In this document: piece after piece, positions 28,114 to 38,771 of the stretch | Layout: every line of letters starts with the position of its first letter | Numbering within the stretch: position 1 is the first letter of the stretch | Origin: an uncultured bacterium | Lineage (GTDB): Bacteria; Babelota; Babeliae; Babelales; Babelaceae | Direction of reading: 5' to 3' | NCBI GenBank assembly: GCA_963848965.1 | Contig: CAWKFG010000001.1 | Coordinates: 480,001-544,000, forward strand | DNA length: 64,000 nucleotides | Translations under genes and position numbers: made by a program | Notes under the pieces: generated by a model | What the model was told of the DNA's origin: nothing | Databases searched by the model: none | The model's input: the letters and a program-made list of their open reading frames with translations, nothing else

Positions 28114-29505
28114 ATGATATGTAAGTATAGAATAAAAGGGCAGCTTCTGTGCGCTGCTTTGAGTATCTGTTCGTTAATTTTTGCACATAATAATTGGAGT
28201 AATTGGGGCAATACACAAACATGTACACCTTGCAAGATTTTGTATCCAGAAACACGAGAAGAAGTACAAGCACTTATCGTTGAAGCTGTTCGGCAAAAGG
28301 TTCCTCTACGAGCAGTAGGTTCTGGTCACTCGTGGAGTGATGTTGTATGTACTAATGGTTATCTTGTCACAACCGATAGATTGAATCGAATACTTTCAAT
28401 TGATACAAAAACATGTCAGGTAAAAGTAGAATGTGGTATTAAAATTAAAGACCTTGTTCTCGAGTTAGCAGCTGAAGGGCTTGCGTTAAGTAATCAAGGA
28501 TTTATTACTGAGCAAAGTATTGTAGGTGCCTTATCAACAGCAACGCACGGTAGTGGTCATACAGGAACGCTCTCAGATTTTATTGTAGAGATGGAGATTA
28601 TAGATGGGCGAGGAAGATTACAAACAGTTTCAGAAAGCTCTCATTCAGACTGGTTACCAGCTGTACGTGTAGGACTTGGAGCAACGGGTTTTGTCTATTC
28701 AGTTACTTTGCAATGTGAACCACTTTTTTGTCTTTCACATGAGCGGGTGATGATCCCTTTTGAGCAAATGCTTGAAACATATAAAGAATTGTATCAGAAT
28801 AACGATTTTTGCACATGTATGGTTCATCCGTCATCTCGTAAAACGCTTCTTTATCTGTGGAATAAAACTGCGAAACCCATAACACGTAATTTCTTAAAAG
28901 GACTCAAAAATGATGTACTATTTAATTATGCAATGAATTATACCATTGTTAAATCTATGTCTTACTTTCCAAGGCTTGGTAATAAGTGTTTTGAAAGCTT
29001 TCTTGATACTATGCAAGAAAGTAAGCATATTGAATATAGCTATAAATCGCTTTCGCCTTTAAAAGATCCGCTTGCTACTGATTGTTATATTGAAACTGAG
29101 TATGCTATTCCTTTTGAGAGCTTTGTAGAAGCATTGCAAAAAGTGCTTACTCTTTTTGATGATTATGAAAGAAAAGGCATTTATCTGTTTGGTATTGTAA
29201 CTTGTAGATTTGGGCCGGCTCAGACTCGTGCTTATATGAGCCCCAATTATGGGCGAGAAACTGCCTATATTAATATTAATATTTTTAATTGTTTTCCAGA
29301 GTATGAAGAGTTTTTCAAAGAATTTGAACAGATACTAGAAGTTTACGAAGGGCGGCCTCACTGGGGTAAATTCCATAGTTTAACAAAAGAGAAGTTAGCT
29401 ACTCTTTACAAAGATAACTTTAAAAAGTTTAATAATGTACGTAAGCAAATAGACCCGTATAATATCTTTGCTAACGAGTTTGTAACTCGTTGCTTTGGTG
29501 TATAA
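28114..29505 (+). CDS. FAD-linked aldonolactone oxidase (L-gulonolactone/D-arabinonolactone oxidase-like)
   Basis: WSNWG, RAVGSGHSWS, STATHGSG, ETEYAIP, GRPHWGK, DPYNIFAN. Confidence 0.88.
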   Translation: MICKYRIKGQLLCAALSICSLIFAHNNWSNWGNTQTCTPCKILYPETREEVQALIVEAVRQKVPLRAVGSGHSWSDVVCTNGYLVTTDRLNRILSIDTKTCQVKVECGIKIKDLVLELAAEGLALSNQGFITEQSIVGALSTATHGSGHTGTLSDFIVEMEIIDGRGRLQTVSESSHSDWLPAVRVGLGATGFVYSVTLQCEPLFCLSHERVMIPFEQMLETYKELYQNNDFCTCMVHPSSRKTLLYLWNKTAKPITRNFLKGLKNDVLFNYAMNYTIVKSMSYFPRLGNKCFESFLDTMQESKHIEYSYKSLSPLKDPLATDCYIETEYAIPFESFVEALQKVLTLFDDYERKGIYLFGIVTCRFGPAQTRAYMSPNYGRETAYININIFNCFPEYEEFFKEFEQILEVYEGRPHWGKFHSLTKEKLATLYKDNFKKFNNVRKQIDPYNIFANEFVTRCFGV

Positions 29506-29600
29506 GAGGTAATGCATAGTGTGCTCTCTTATGGTGTACATAAGAGGCACTATTTGTTATTGCTTATGAGAAAAGCACGTTTTATGTGCAGTTTTTTCTC

Positions 29601-31544
29601 TTATTCACTAAAGCACGCTGCTATTGTTGCTAGTGTATTCTGCCATTCTTGGGCTTCAGGCATATGGTTTGCAAGTGCTTGAAGCTGTTCATTATCTTTT
29701 ACAACAAGACCAAGAAGGCGAAGCATTATTCTTAGATATCCTGCTTCTTTAGCAAGAAGTACAAGGTCGATTGAGGGTTTTACACCAACTTTTAAAAGAG
29801 CGTTTACCAGTGTGAGGTTTCCCTTTTCTACTGCTAATCTTAAGAGGGATTCTCCTTCATTCTGTACCTTTTGAAGTAAAATTCCATAAGTATTAATTAA
29901 GAAAGCAGCACCATCAAGAAAGCCGTATTCTAGAGCATAGTCAAGTGCTGTATAACCATACTCATCTTTCAAATTTAAATAAAGAGGGGAGAGATTACGC
30001 TCTTTTAAAAAGTTAAGAACTTCTTGGTGACCAAATGTACATGCGAGGCAGGTAAGCATAAGTGTTGATTGGCTATGTTCAGGGTACGTATCTTTTTGCT
30101 CAAAGTTTAAGGATGCAAATGTTAAAGGATTTTGAAGATATTGTTTTACGTGTTCTTGTTTATACATCTCTAAAAGCCTCAATACAAAGGGATTGTGTGC
30201 TATCTTAAAAATGTTCTCTCCTTGGTCATTTTTGATCTGACAATCAGTTCCGTGCTTTAGCAAGCGTACTACAATATCTTGACGATCTTTTTCTACTGCT
30301 ATCATAAGAGCTGTTTGTTTGCTTTTCAATGACTGAGAATTAGTCCAAGCTTGATGCTTAAGGAGAAGCGATACAGTATTACAATGGCCATTTTGTACTG
30401 CAAACATAAGAGCAGTAAAATGATCAGAATCTTGATGGTCGATATCTGTATGTTTACTAAGTAAAGCTTCAATAGCCTCGTTATTTCCATATATAGCAGC
30501 ATACATAAGGGCAGTTCTACCCTTTTGATCTCGTTCATTAACATCTGAACCAGCTTCAAGAAGCTTAAAAAAGAGTGTTCTGTTGTTCAACTGTATTACT
30601 TTTATAAGAGGAGTTAAGCCATCAACGTCGCGAACGTTAAGATTGGCTTTTGCTGCTATAAGTTTGCTTGCTATAGCAGTATTATTTTTCTGTAAAGAGC
30701 ACGTTAAAGGAGAATAGCAATTTTTTGAAGGATCTATATGAGCAGGTAATGTTAACCCATTAAAAACATTATACAGCTGCATGCAGTTCACATCAGCTCC
30801 ATGTTCTAGTAAGAGTGCAACAAGAGCCTCGTTCTCTCTGTGAGCAGCGATGGTAAGCGCAGTCCAATTGCACATACCAGGTTCATTAATATCTGCCTTT
30901 GCTTCAAGTAATAGTTTCACGAGCTCTATTTTTTGGTGCCCTACTGCGATAGTAAGAGGCGTATTTCCATTCAAGCTCTTTTTATTAACATTAGCTCGAG
31001 CCTTAATAAGTATAGTTACTACTTCTTTATGTCCTTTTCTTACTGCTTTCATTAAGGCTGTTTCTCCTTCGTCATCTTGAGCATCAATCTGCGCGTTGTT
31101 TAGAAGAAGAAAAAGTACCATCTCTGGAAAACCTGCTTCTGCTGCAAGAGTTAGAGCTCTTCTGCCAGAACAGCCGGGTGCATTTATTTCTGCACCATTC
31201 TCTAAAAGAAGCTGTATAAGCTGAATCGACCGTGTAAAAACAGCTGAATGCAACGGTCTGTCTGTGCCCCATAAGGTACAATTTGCCTGAGCTCCTTTTT
31301 GTATAAGCATACGAGCAAGATCTGTATGTTTATAGCACACTGCAAGATTGAGTGCATTATTTAAAGACTCTTGTTTATTAGTACTTTTATCTATAAGAAG
31401 AAAGAGTGCTTTATGGTTGAAAGGAGTTTCACGAATAAGCTTTAGCAGCTGTTGGTAATTATCTTGCTCTTTTTCCATTGCTTGTAAAGAACTGGTGGCA
31501 ATAAGTACGCTAGAGAAAAAAAGAGAAAGCACTAATTTTTGCAT
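29601..31544 (-). CDS. Ankyrin-repeat protein with signal peptide
   Basis: More than a dozen G.T(A/P)L..A...G....V..LL..GA..N repeats; signal ending LQA-MEK. Confidence 0.92.
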   Translation of the reverse strand: MQKLVLSLFFSSVLIATSSLQAMEKEQDNYQQLLKLIRETPFNHKALFLLIDKSTNKQESLNNALNLAVCYKHTDLARMLIQKGAQANCTLWGTDRPLHSAVFTRSIQLIQLLLENGAEINAPGCSGRRALTLAAEAGFPEMVLFLLLNNAQIDAQDDEGETALMKAVRKGHKEVVTILIKARANVNKKSLNGNTPLTIAVGHQKIELVKLLLEAKADINEPGMCNWTALTIAAHRENEALVALLLEHGADVNCMQLYNVFNGLTLPAHIDPSKNCYSPLTCSLQKNNTAIASKLIAAKANLNVRDVDGLTPLIKVIQLNNRTLFFKLLEAGSDVNERDQKGRTALMYAAIYGNNEAIEALLSKHTDIDHQDSDHFTALMFAVQNGHCNTVSLLLKHQAWTNSQSLKSKQTALMIAVEKDRQDIVVRLLKHGTDCQIKNDQGENIFKIAHNPFVLRLLEMYKQEHVKQYLQNPLTFASLNFEQKDTYPEHSQSTLMLTCLACTFGHQEVLNFLKERNLSPLYLNLKDEYGYTALDYALEYGFLDGAAFLINTYGILLQKVQNEGESLLRLAVEKGNLTLVNALLKVGVKPSIDLVLLAKEAGYLRIMLRLLGLVVKDNEQLQALANHMPEAQEWQNTLATIAACFSE

Positions 31545-31842
31545 GATAAAGCCTTTTGATAATTATTTAGACCATTTGAAATCTCAATTATAAATATAAA
31601 TTATACTTTATCTAGTAGTTAAAATCAATAGAGATAACTGAAGTACAGTGTGCACATATTAAAAAGACGAGGTGCTTGTCTATAATCTAGCAAATCTATA
31701 GCTCCTTGTTGATTTTTCTTCTCCTAGATATTTTAATGCTAATGACCTTTTGTTGTAGTGTTTGTCTTGCTTTTGTGCTATAAATAAGATAGAGAAGCGG
31801 GACATTTTATCTTCTTATTGGTATGCTTAAAAGCGAGTTTCA

Positions 31843-33523
31843 ATGAAATTATTACCTATTGGCAGAAGTAACTTTAAAGAGATTATTGAAGAGAACTTTT
31901 ATTATATTGATAAAACTCTTCTAATTGATGAGATAACAAACAGTTCAGGTAAAGTACTGCTTATAACTCGTCCTCGCCGATTTGGTAAGACACTTAATCT
32001 TTCAATGCTTAAGTATTTCTACGAGATTTCAGAGCCTAGTAATAAGCACTTATTTCATAATACAGCTATTTGGCAGTGTGAGCGCTATCGCCAGTTGCAG
32101 GGTACATTTCCACTGATTTTTATTACCTTAAAAGATGTAAAATCCCCTACCTGGCAACAAGCATATGATGACATTGTAGTGCTCATTATTGAAGAGTTTA
32201 AAAGACATGCTGAATTTTTATTGCCTAAACTTTTAGCCTATGATTATGCAGATTACGAAGCTATCTTATATAGAACTGCAAGTGTTGCTGATTATAGTAA
32301 TAGTCTCCTTTTTTTAAGTAGGCTTCTTGCTACTTATTATGGGCAAAAAGTGATAATTTTAATTGATGAGTATGATACGCCTATTCACATTGCTTATGCT
32401 CATGAGTATTATAAAGACCTTGTAAGTTTTATGCAGAGATTCTTATCCAAAGCATTAAAAGATAATGATTTTCTTGAGCGCAGTGTACTAACTGGTATAC
32501 TGCGGACTGCAAAAGAAGGCATATTTTCGGGTCTTAATCATTTAGATGTCTTTACTATTTTGCATGAAAGATTTTCAGATAAATTCGGGTTTGTTACTGC
32601 TGAGGTAGATCAACTGCTTATGGATTATGATATTAAGCATGATGGTGAAGCTGTTAAATCCTGGTACAATAGTTATACGTGTGGTAAGGTGGCTTTATAT
32701 AACCCATGGTCAATCTTACAATGTGTCCAAAATAAAGGTATTCTCAAGGCATATTGGTCTAATACGAGTGATAATTATTTAATAAAAAAGCTTATTGCAG
32801 GCTCAAGCTCCTGATATGAAAATCGAGTTGGAATCATTATTGACTGGTGCATCGATAAAAAAACAAGTTGAAGAACGTTTGGTGTTTCCAACACTTGAGC
32901 AAAGTTCTCAGGCATTATGGAGTTTATTATTGTGGGCAGGATACTTAACGTATACTTCTCATGAAATTGATGAAGAAAGCAGAGATATCTGTACTCTGGT
33001 TCTTCCAAATAAAGAGATAAAGATCCTCTATCAAATGCAAATTGAAGAAATCTTTGAGCAATCATTATCTACTCTAAAAATACATGCACTTTTTGAAGCA
33101 ATAATTATAGGGAATATCTCTAGAATAACGGAACTTTTGCAGGATTTTGTAATAAGCAGTATGAGCATGTTTGACATATCTGATACCGAACCGGAGAAAA
33201 GTTATCATTTATTTGTACTTGGCCTTTTGGTAACTCTGCGCGAGAATTATGAGATTAAATCTAATAGAGAAAGTGGTTATGGAAGATACGATATTATGCT
33301 TATTCCTAAAGAGATAACAAAACCTGGTTATGTTATAGAATTCAAAAAAGTTTCTACGTATACTAAAGAAACGTTAGAAGAGGCTGCTAAAAAAGCACTT
33401 ATGCAGATAAAAGAGAAACACTATATACAAGAGTTGCATGATAAAGGAATTTCTAGAGCTATAGCCTTGGGCATCGCATTTAAGAGAAAACAAATCTTGG
33501 TTTTATCAAACTCTTTTCTATAA
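31843..33523 (+). pseudogene. AAA-ATPase-like + PD-(D/E)XK nuclease (PDDEXK_9-type) protein, split by a +1 frameshift near 32805
   Basis: YIDKT, RPRRFGKT, LIDEYDTP, YNPWS in ORF1; EKSYH, SNRESGYGRYDI, IEFK, QI...Y in ORF2. Confidence 0.88.
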
Positions 33524-33539
33524 CACGTGAAAGGAATTT

Positions 33540-34214
33540 ATGCAATTTCTTCAAAAGCTTATGGTAATAAGTATTTTATTAGGCATACAAGAAACTACTT
33601 TGTATTCAATGCATGAGCCCAGTTTAAAAGATTCTGTACAAAAGAGGCAAAACAAACATATCACTTTTGTAACTGGAAACAAAGACAAGTTTGAAGAAGT
33701 AAAACAGTATCTTACTACACTTGATTCATCGATTGTTCTTGAGCAGATAGCTTTAGATCTTCCAGAATATCAAGGCCTTGATATAAAAAAGATTGCTCTA
33801 GCAAAAGCACAGGAAGCCTGGAGGTTACTGCAAAAACCTGTATTAATTGATGATGGCGGTATTTACCTTGAACGATTCAATAGTTTCCCTGGTCCGCTCA
33901 TTAAATATGTGTTTCAAGGTATTGGTTTTGAGGGCTTTTGGTTATTAGCCAAAGATGATCCGCGGGCATGCTTTCTAAGTTGCTTGGTCTACTACTATGA
34001 GCCAAACAAATATGAGATTTTTGAGGGTACTTGTTATGGTACAATTATTAAACCAAATGGAGTTATATCGCGCGAGCAGATGCCATTTAGCGATATTTTT
34101 ATTCCTCAAGAAGCTACAAAAACACTTACTCAGATGCGAGGTACTCAACAAGAGTGCTTATATCATCATCGGTATAAAGCGCTTAAACTATTTGTTCAAT
34201 GGTTTAATAAATAA
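33540..34214 (+). CDS. Ham1/ITPase-family non-canonical purine NTP pyrophosphatase with signal peptide
   Basis: FVTGNKDKFEE, LPEYQG, IDDGG, FPGPLIKY, DIFIP, HHRYKAL. Confidence 0.88.
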   Translation: MQFLQKLMVISILLGIQETTLYSMHEPSLKDSVQKRQNKHITFVTGNKDKFEEVKQYLTTLDSSIVLEQIALDLPEYQGLDIKKIALAKAQEAWRLLQKPVLIDDGGIYLERFNSFPGPLIKYVFQGIGFEGFWLLAKDDPRACFLSCLVYYYEPNKYEIFEGTCYGTIIKPNGVISREQMPFSDIFIPQEATKTLTQMRGTQQECLYHHRYKALKLFVQWFNK

Positions 34215-34344
34215 TTAATTGTACCTGAAGTTTGCTGCAATTCTGATTTTGCTTGTGTGCAATTGCACTGCAAGCAATATACGCTATACTGATAAATAGT
34301 TAGTTATGCAAATAAAGCTTTCTCTAATGAGGAAATGGTTAAAT

Positions 34345-35889
34345 ATGCTACTATTTAGAAAGAATTGTTATACGGCTTTTGTGAAAACCTTATCTTTTAT
34401 ACTTTGTATAGGCGCTTTTGAGTATCTTGTTGGAAATAATAGAATTAGCTATTTGATTGCAAATCCGCGAGCTTCTCTGGTTGAGTTTTTGAGAATGGTT
34501 GGCAATAGAGGTGACTTTAAGGTTATGCATATACCTGCAAATTGGGCTTACTGCCATGCACATAATTATACAGATATAGCAAAAGGCTGGTATAGAGAAG
34601 ATGCTCCTACTACCTATGCACAAGCAAAGGCTGATATTTTAAAAGAGGTAGAAAAAGCACCTGTCTTTGTAGGAGAAAATACTCATACAGCAAAAGATTT
34701 TTTAGAGTATGATAAAGACTTTATTAAGGATCCGCGCGTCCAATTGGTCTTTCTTATAAGTAATCCTCACCGTGCTATCATTGAGTATTATGAGAAAAAG
34801 AAAAACTATTTTGATAAATTACCTTCTTCTCAACTATCTGAATCAATAGGATTAAAGGATTTATACAAGCTTTTAGAAGATATGAAGAAGAACGGGCTTA
34901 CTCTGCCACTCATAATTAAATCTGAAGATCTTTATTATACTACAAAAGAAGCAGTACAGTCTGTATGTGATTATTTACACGTCCCTTTTAAAGAAGAATC
35001 TTTGCATTGGAAAGATATAAGTGAAAATTTCTCAAGTTTCACAGACCTTGGATGGTATACCATTGAGCTTACTGAATGTTCAAAGCATTGGCATGGTGAT
35101 GCTATTAAAAGTACAGGTTTTTCTGAACCACAGGCGTACGCCCTTGATAAGAATCACAATCCCACATTTGAAGAAATATCAAATCCAGAGCATCGAAGGA
35201 TTTGTATGCAAGCATATGAAGAAAATATAGCTTACTACAAATTATTACTTGCACATGGTTGGCAAAAGCCTCAGGCTGGCCCTTCAGAAAATAAAGTAAC
35301 ACTTGAAGCTTATGAAGCCCGTTTACAAGAATATACCAATAACACACCTCAGCATGTTGATGGCTTTATAAAGGAGTGGATTGATCATTCGTTAACATAT
35401 GTTAAAAAAGGAGAAACCATTCTTGAACTTGGTAGTGGTTGTGGACGTGATGCAGATTATATAGAATCGCAAGGTTATAAAGTTAAAAGGACGGATGCGG
35501 CTCATAGCTTTGTAGAACTTTTAAAAAAGCAAGGTAAAGAAGCTTTTTTACTTAATGCGATAACAGATGAGTTCACTAGTATATATTCTATGTTTTTTGC
35601 TAACGGTGTGTTTCTTCATTTTACTCCTGAAGAGACTAAAAAAGTTTTTAGTAAGGCTCACGCAAGTTTGAAAGCTGATGGAATTCTTGCTTGTACGGTA
35701 AAGCAGGGTGAAGGATCTGGTTGGTCTGAAGAAAAGCTTGGAATGCCTCGCTACTATTGTTATTGGCAGGAACAAAAGCTTCAAGAATTATTATATCAAA
35801 CTGGTTTTGAAGTCTTAGAGCTAAAAGTTAGTGAACGTGGTAAGAATGCTTCATGGATATCTATAATTGCTAGAAAGATAATTTCTTAA
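34345..35889 (+). CDS. Fusion of a sulfotransferase-like P-loop domain and a class I SAM methyltransferase
   Basis: PRA..FLRM..RGDF, FLISNP, WHGDAIKSTGF; C-terminal ILELGSGCGRD, ANGVFLH. Confidence 0.75.
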   Translation: MLLFRKNCYTAFVKTLSFILCIGAFEYLVGNNRISYLIANPRASLVEFLRMVGNRGDFKVMHIPANWAYCHAHNYTDIAKGWYREDAPTTYAQAKADILKEVEKAPVFVGENTHTAKDFLEYDKDFIKDPRVQLVFLISNPHRAIIEYYEKKKNYFDKLPSSQLSESIGLKDLYKLLEDMKKNGLTLPLIIKSEDLYYTTKEAVQSVCDYLHVPFKEESLHWKDISENFSSFTDLGWYTIELTECSKHWHGDAIKSTGFSEPQAYALDKNHNPTFEEISNPEHRRICMQAYEENIAYYKLLLAHGWQKPQAGPSENKVTLEAYEARLQEYTNNTPQHVDGFIKEWIDHSLTYVKKGETILELGSGCGRDADYIESQGYKVKRTDAAHSFVELLKKQGKEAFLLNAITDEFTSIYSMFFANGVFLHFTPEETKKVFSKAHASLKADGILACTVKQGEGSGWSEEKLGMPRYYCYWQEQKLQELLYQTGFEVLELKVSERGKNASWISIIARKIIS

Positions 35890-35899
35890 GTAGCACTCA

Positions 35900-36328
35900 T
35901 TATAGAAACGTAAGAAGTTCTCTTCCAGGATAATCTTGTTGTTTAAGCACAGAAAGCAGATTGTGCAAACATAAAAATAAGGGTGTTGGCAAGTTTTCTT
36001 TGGTAAACCAGCACCATTCATAGCATTTTTCTGATTCTAAAACTTCGGGTGTCCCTCCATCATATTCTGCTATCATGTAAATAGTAATATAATGCTTATT
36101 TTCATTGAAAAAAATATCATTGGTAAATGTGGCTGGTCGGATGTTTTTGATAATAAGGCCAGTCTCTTCTTGTACTTCTCGTAAAGCACATTCTTCTAAT
36201 GTTTCACTATATTCTAGATGTCCTCCTGGAGGTGCCCAAGTCTCTGCACCATGAGCATTTTTTCTTTTGCCTAGAAGAATGCTGTTTTCTTTTACAATAA
36301 ATACAGCGACTCCAACTTTTGGAAGCAT
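35900..36328 (-). CDS. NUDIX hydrolase, NUDT15/MTH2-like
   Basis: KVGVAV, GKRKNAHG, Nudix box GGHLEYSETLEECALREVQEETG, HYITI, EKCYEW. Confidence 0.9.
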   Translation of the reverse strand: MLPKVGVAVFIVKENSILLGKRKNAHGAETWAPPGGHLEYSETLEECALREVQEETGLIIKNIRPATFTNDIFFNENKHYITIYMIAEYDGGTPEVLESEKCYEWCWFTKENLPTPLFLCLHNLLSVLKQQDYPGRELLTFL

Positions 36329-36430
36329 AAAAGGTGTCCTTATTTGATTTTTTTTGAATGTATACTATGATTCTTATGTGAAAATATAAGCGTACTTATA
36401 CTTCTTGTCAAAGTTATATGTAAGGAATAT

Positions 36431-36964
36431 ATGCGATATATTATTGCGCTGTTAGCTCAAGAACCAGAGCCATTTATTCAGGAAGCACAAAGACAGTTTT
36501 CACCTATAGCACAAGGTTATTTGTTATCAAACAATAGCTTACCTCATATAACTCTTGCTCAGTTTAATGTAGATGATGTATATAAATTAGGGAAGATTTG
36601 GAATGAATTGCTTACATATATTAAGGATATTCCACAGCCAAGATTTCTAGGTATCGGCTTTAGTAAAAAAACTAAAATGCCGTGGGGTGCTTCGCTCTCT
36701 GTAGCAAGAGAGCCCGAGCTTGTTGCTCTTCATCTTATTGTTATTGATGTGCTGAAAAATTATGGCATACAATCTATTACTCCTTCAAAAGAATTGTATC
36801 GACCTCATGTGACGCTTGCTCGTATTACAGAACCAAGACTTTCTCTGTTTGATGATAGTATATTAGACCCTTCTTCTTTTATTCTTGCTCTTGGTCAGGG
36901 AGATGAAAATGGCCAATACTTAAAGACTGTCTTAAAAAAAGAAGATCTTCCAGATCAATTATAA
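36431..36964 (+). CDS. 2H phosphoesterase (2'-5' RNA ligase-like), copy 1
   Basis: Two HxT motifs, PHITL and PHVTL. Confidence 0.85.
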   Translation: MRYIIALLAQEPEPFIQEAQRQFSPIAQGYLLSNNSLPHITLAQFNVDDVYKLGKIWNELLTYIKDIPQPRFLGIGFSKKTKMPWGASLSVAREPELVALHLIVIDVLKNYGIQSITPSKELYRPHVTLARITEPRLSLFDDSILDPSSFILALGQGDENGQYLKTVLKKEDLPDQL

Positions 36965-37200
36965 GAAATGAACGTATGGGAATCTTATGTATCTCTCTAT
37001 AATATATGACATAAAGAGAGAATAGCTTTGTCTTTATTGTAAGGCTATACTTCAAAGAAACAAGAATGCTGCTATTAATTCTGAATAGAGATGTTACTTT
37101 GTCAAATATGATAAAAAGTAAATTACATCTTATGGTGATTTTGGTATACTTGTCCTGTAAAATTTTTACTTATAAACTAAAGTTAGAGGGGTTACTTATA

Positions 37201-38619
37201 ATGCTAAGAAAATATTTTTTTGTGCTAATTTCACTTATGTTGTGGAACAACCTACATCTTCTAGCAGAGCAAGAAACTATTTATCAAATAAGAGCCTATT
37301 GTGCTCAGCTTGCCTTTGAGTATGAAAGAGAACTTGAGTATCTTGTTACTCAAAAAGCTCTAGATGATAAAGATACTATGCTTAGGCTGAGTATGGAGTC
37401 ATATTATAAAAGAGGACTTGAGGAGTTAAAAAAAGTTAAAGATGCTCTAGAAGCAGGTCAGGAAGATGCTATTTTTAGTCAGTTTATTCTATTTGTTGAA
37501 GATTTCCTTGGCTATGGAGAGGAAGAGTCAGTACTTAATGGCCCAAAAGAACTTCAAAAAGTTGTGTCTAAACCACAAAATGCTTTAAGGAGATGGTATA
37601 AACTAGGTGGAAAATTGGCTTTAGTTGCACTTATAGTTCAAACTGCTTTTGCTAAATTTATACCTTCAATAGAAGCAATCTCTATACCTTTAAATACTAA
37701 ATATCAAAATCTTTGTGATAAGCTTGTAGAAACCAAATGTCCGGGAATTACTTATGGTGCTCTTAGTAATATTCAGTGTCCTTCCTTACTTCCTATCGAG
37801 TTACGAGATGCTCTTCAGAAGACTATAAATGCAACAACAGTTAATGTAGAAGGGACTGCGCATTTGTGTCATTGCAGTGAATTGCAAGACAAAAGCGTAA
37901 GATGTCTAAGCAATATTCAGTTTCTAGAAAAGGATATATATGATGTTGATCCTACTACTCAACGAGCAAGGCAGGTAGGGTCTTATCGTGTAGGAACTTC
38001 TGAAGCATGCGATATAACTAGTAGACTATGTACTTATATAACATTTCTTCCTTGTGATGAGCAAGATAGGTTAATGAGAATGGGTGCTGCAGTGAGAGCG
38101 CAAGTTTCATACCATTTTAAACCAGATGTAACAGCAGAACTAGCATGTCTTAAAGATCTTATCGATTTAAAACCGAGCTATAGTGCTCTGGAAGAATTGG
38201 CTGCTATTTATAAGAATAAACCGCGTCTTTTAGCACGATGGGAAAAAGATATTGTAGACATGGTTGAGCGAAATAGTATTACGAACAGTGAACATGGTTG
38301 TTTTTATGCATCTGCGCGAGCTTTAGAAGAGTATAGTATCCAGGTTTCTGATGATTTTTTGCTTTATCTGTATACCCAATCATTACTACGTCAAGAAAAT
38401 CCACATGCTCTTGTGCGATACCATCTTGTTTTGCAAAGAGCAGACAGAGCTCCTTATGTTGCAGAAACACTGCAGCGCTTAAGGGAGCTTGATACGCTTT
38501 CGCGAGATTCATACGAAAATTACTCAGTAGATTTTTTTGGCAGAGCAGAATTCGATTTTTATGCTGCTTGTAAGAATACTCCTACCTCAAGTCAGCTATC
38601 TTCTTGTTCTTTTGAATAG
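37201..38619 (+). CDS. Secreted Cys-rich hypothetical protein with internal hydrophobic segment
   Basis: Signal peptide from ATG 37201; LALVALIVQTAFA segment; many Cys in the central part. Confidence 0.7.
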   Translation: MLRKYFFVLISLMLWNNLHLLAEQETIYQIRAYCAQLAFEYERELEYLVTQKALDDKDTMLRLSMESYYKRGLEELKKVKDALEAGQEDAIFSQFILFVEDFLGYGEEESVLNGPKELQKVVSKPQNALRRWYKLGGKLALVALIVQTAFAKFIPSIEAISIPLNTKYQNLCDKLVETKCPGITYGALSNIQCPSLLPIELRDALQKTINATTVNVEGTAHLCHCSELQDKSVRCLSNIQFLEKDIYDVDPTTQRARQVGSYRVGTSEACDITSRLCTYITFLPCDEQDRLMRMGAAVRAQVSYHFKPDVTAELACLKDLIDLKPSYSALEELAAIYKNKPRLLARWEKDIVDMVERNSITNSEHGCFYASARALEEYSIQVSDDFLLYLYTQSLLRQENPHALVRYHLVLQRADRAPYVAETLQRLRELDTLSRDSYENYSVDFFGRAEFDFYAACKNTPTSSQLSSCSFE

Positions 38620-38771
38620 GAGAAGTGGTTGAGCTATTAAGAAATGTTTATGTTTTAATACCATGGGCTGAAAATCTGTTTATCTATTATTCATTATGCT
38701 AACGTTCCAGGATCTGAGCCTCTAGCTAATGCTTTAGGTCCTGGAGTTTTGTTGTATATTTAAAGGATTTT

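Noticed and set aside
14132..33523. Programmed ribosomal frameshifting as a common cause of the three +1 shifts
   Set aside because: No shared slippery sequence or stimulatory structure; pepA is not known to be recoded
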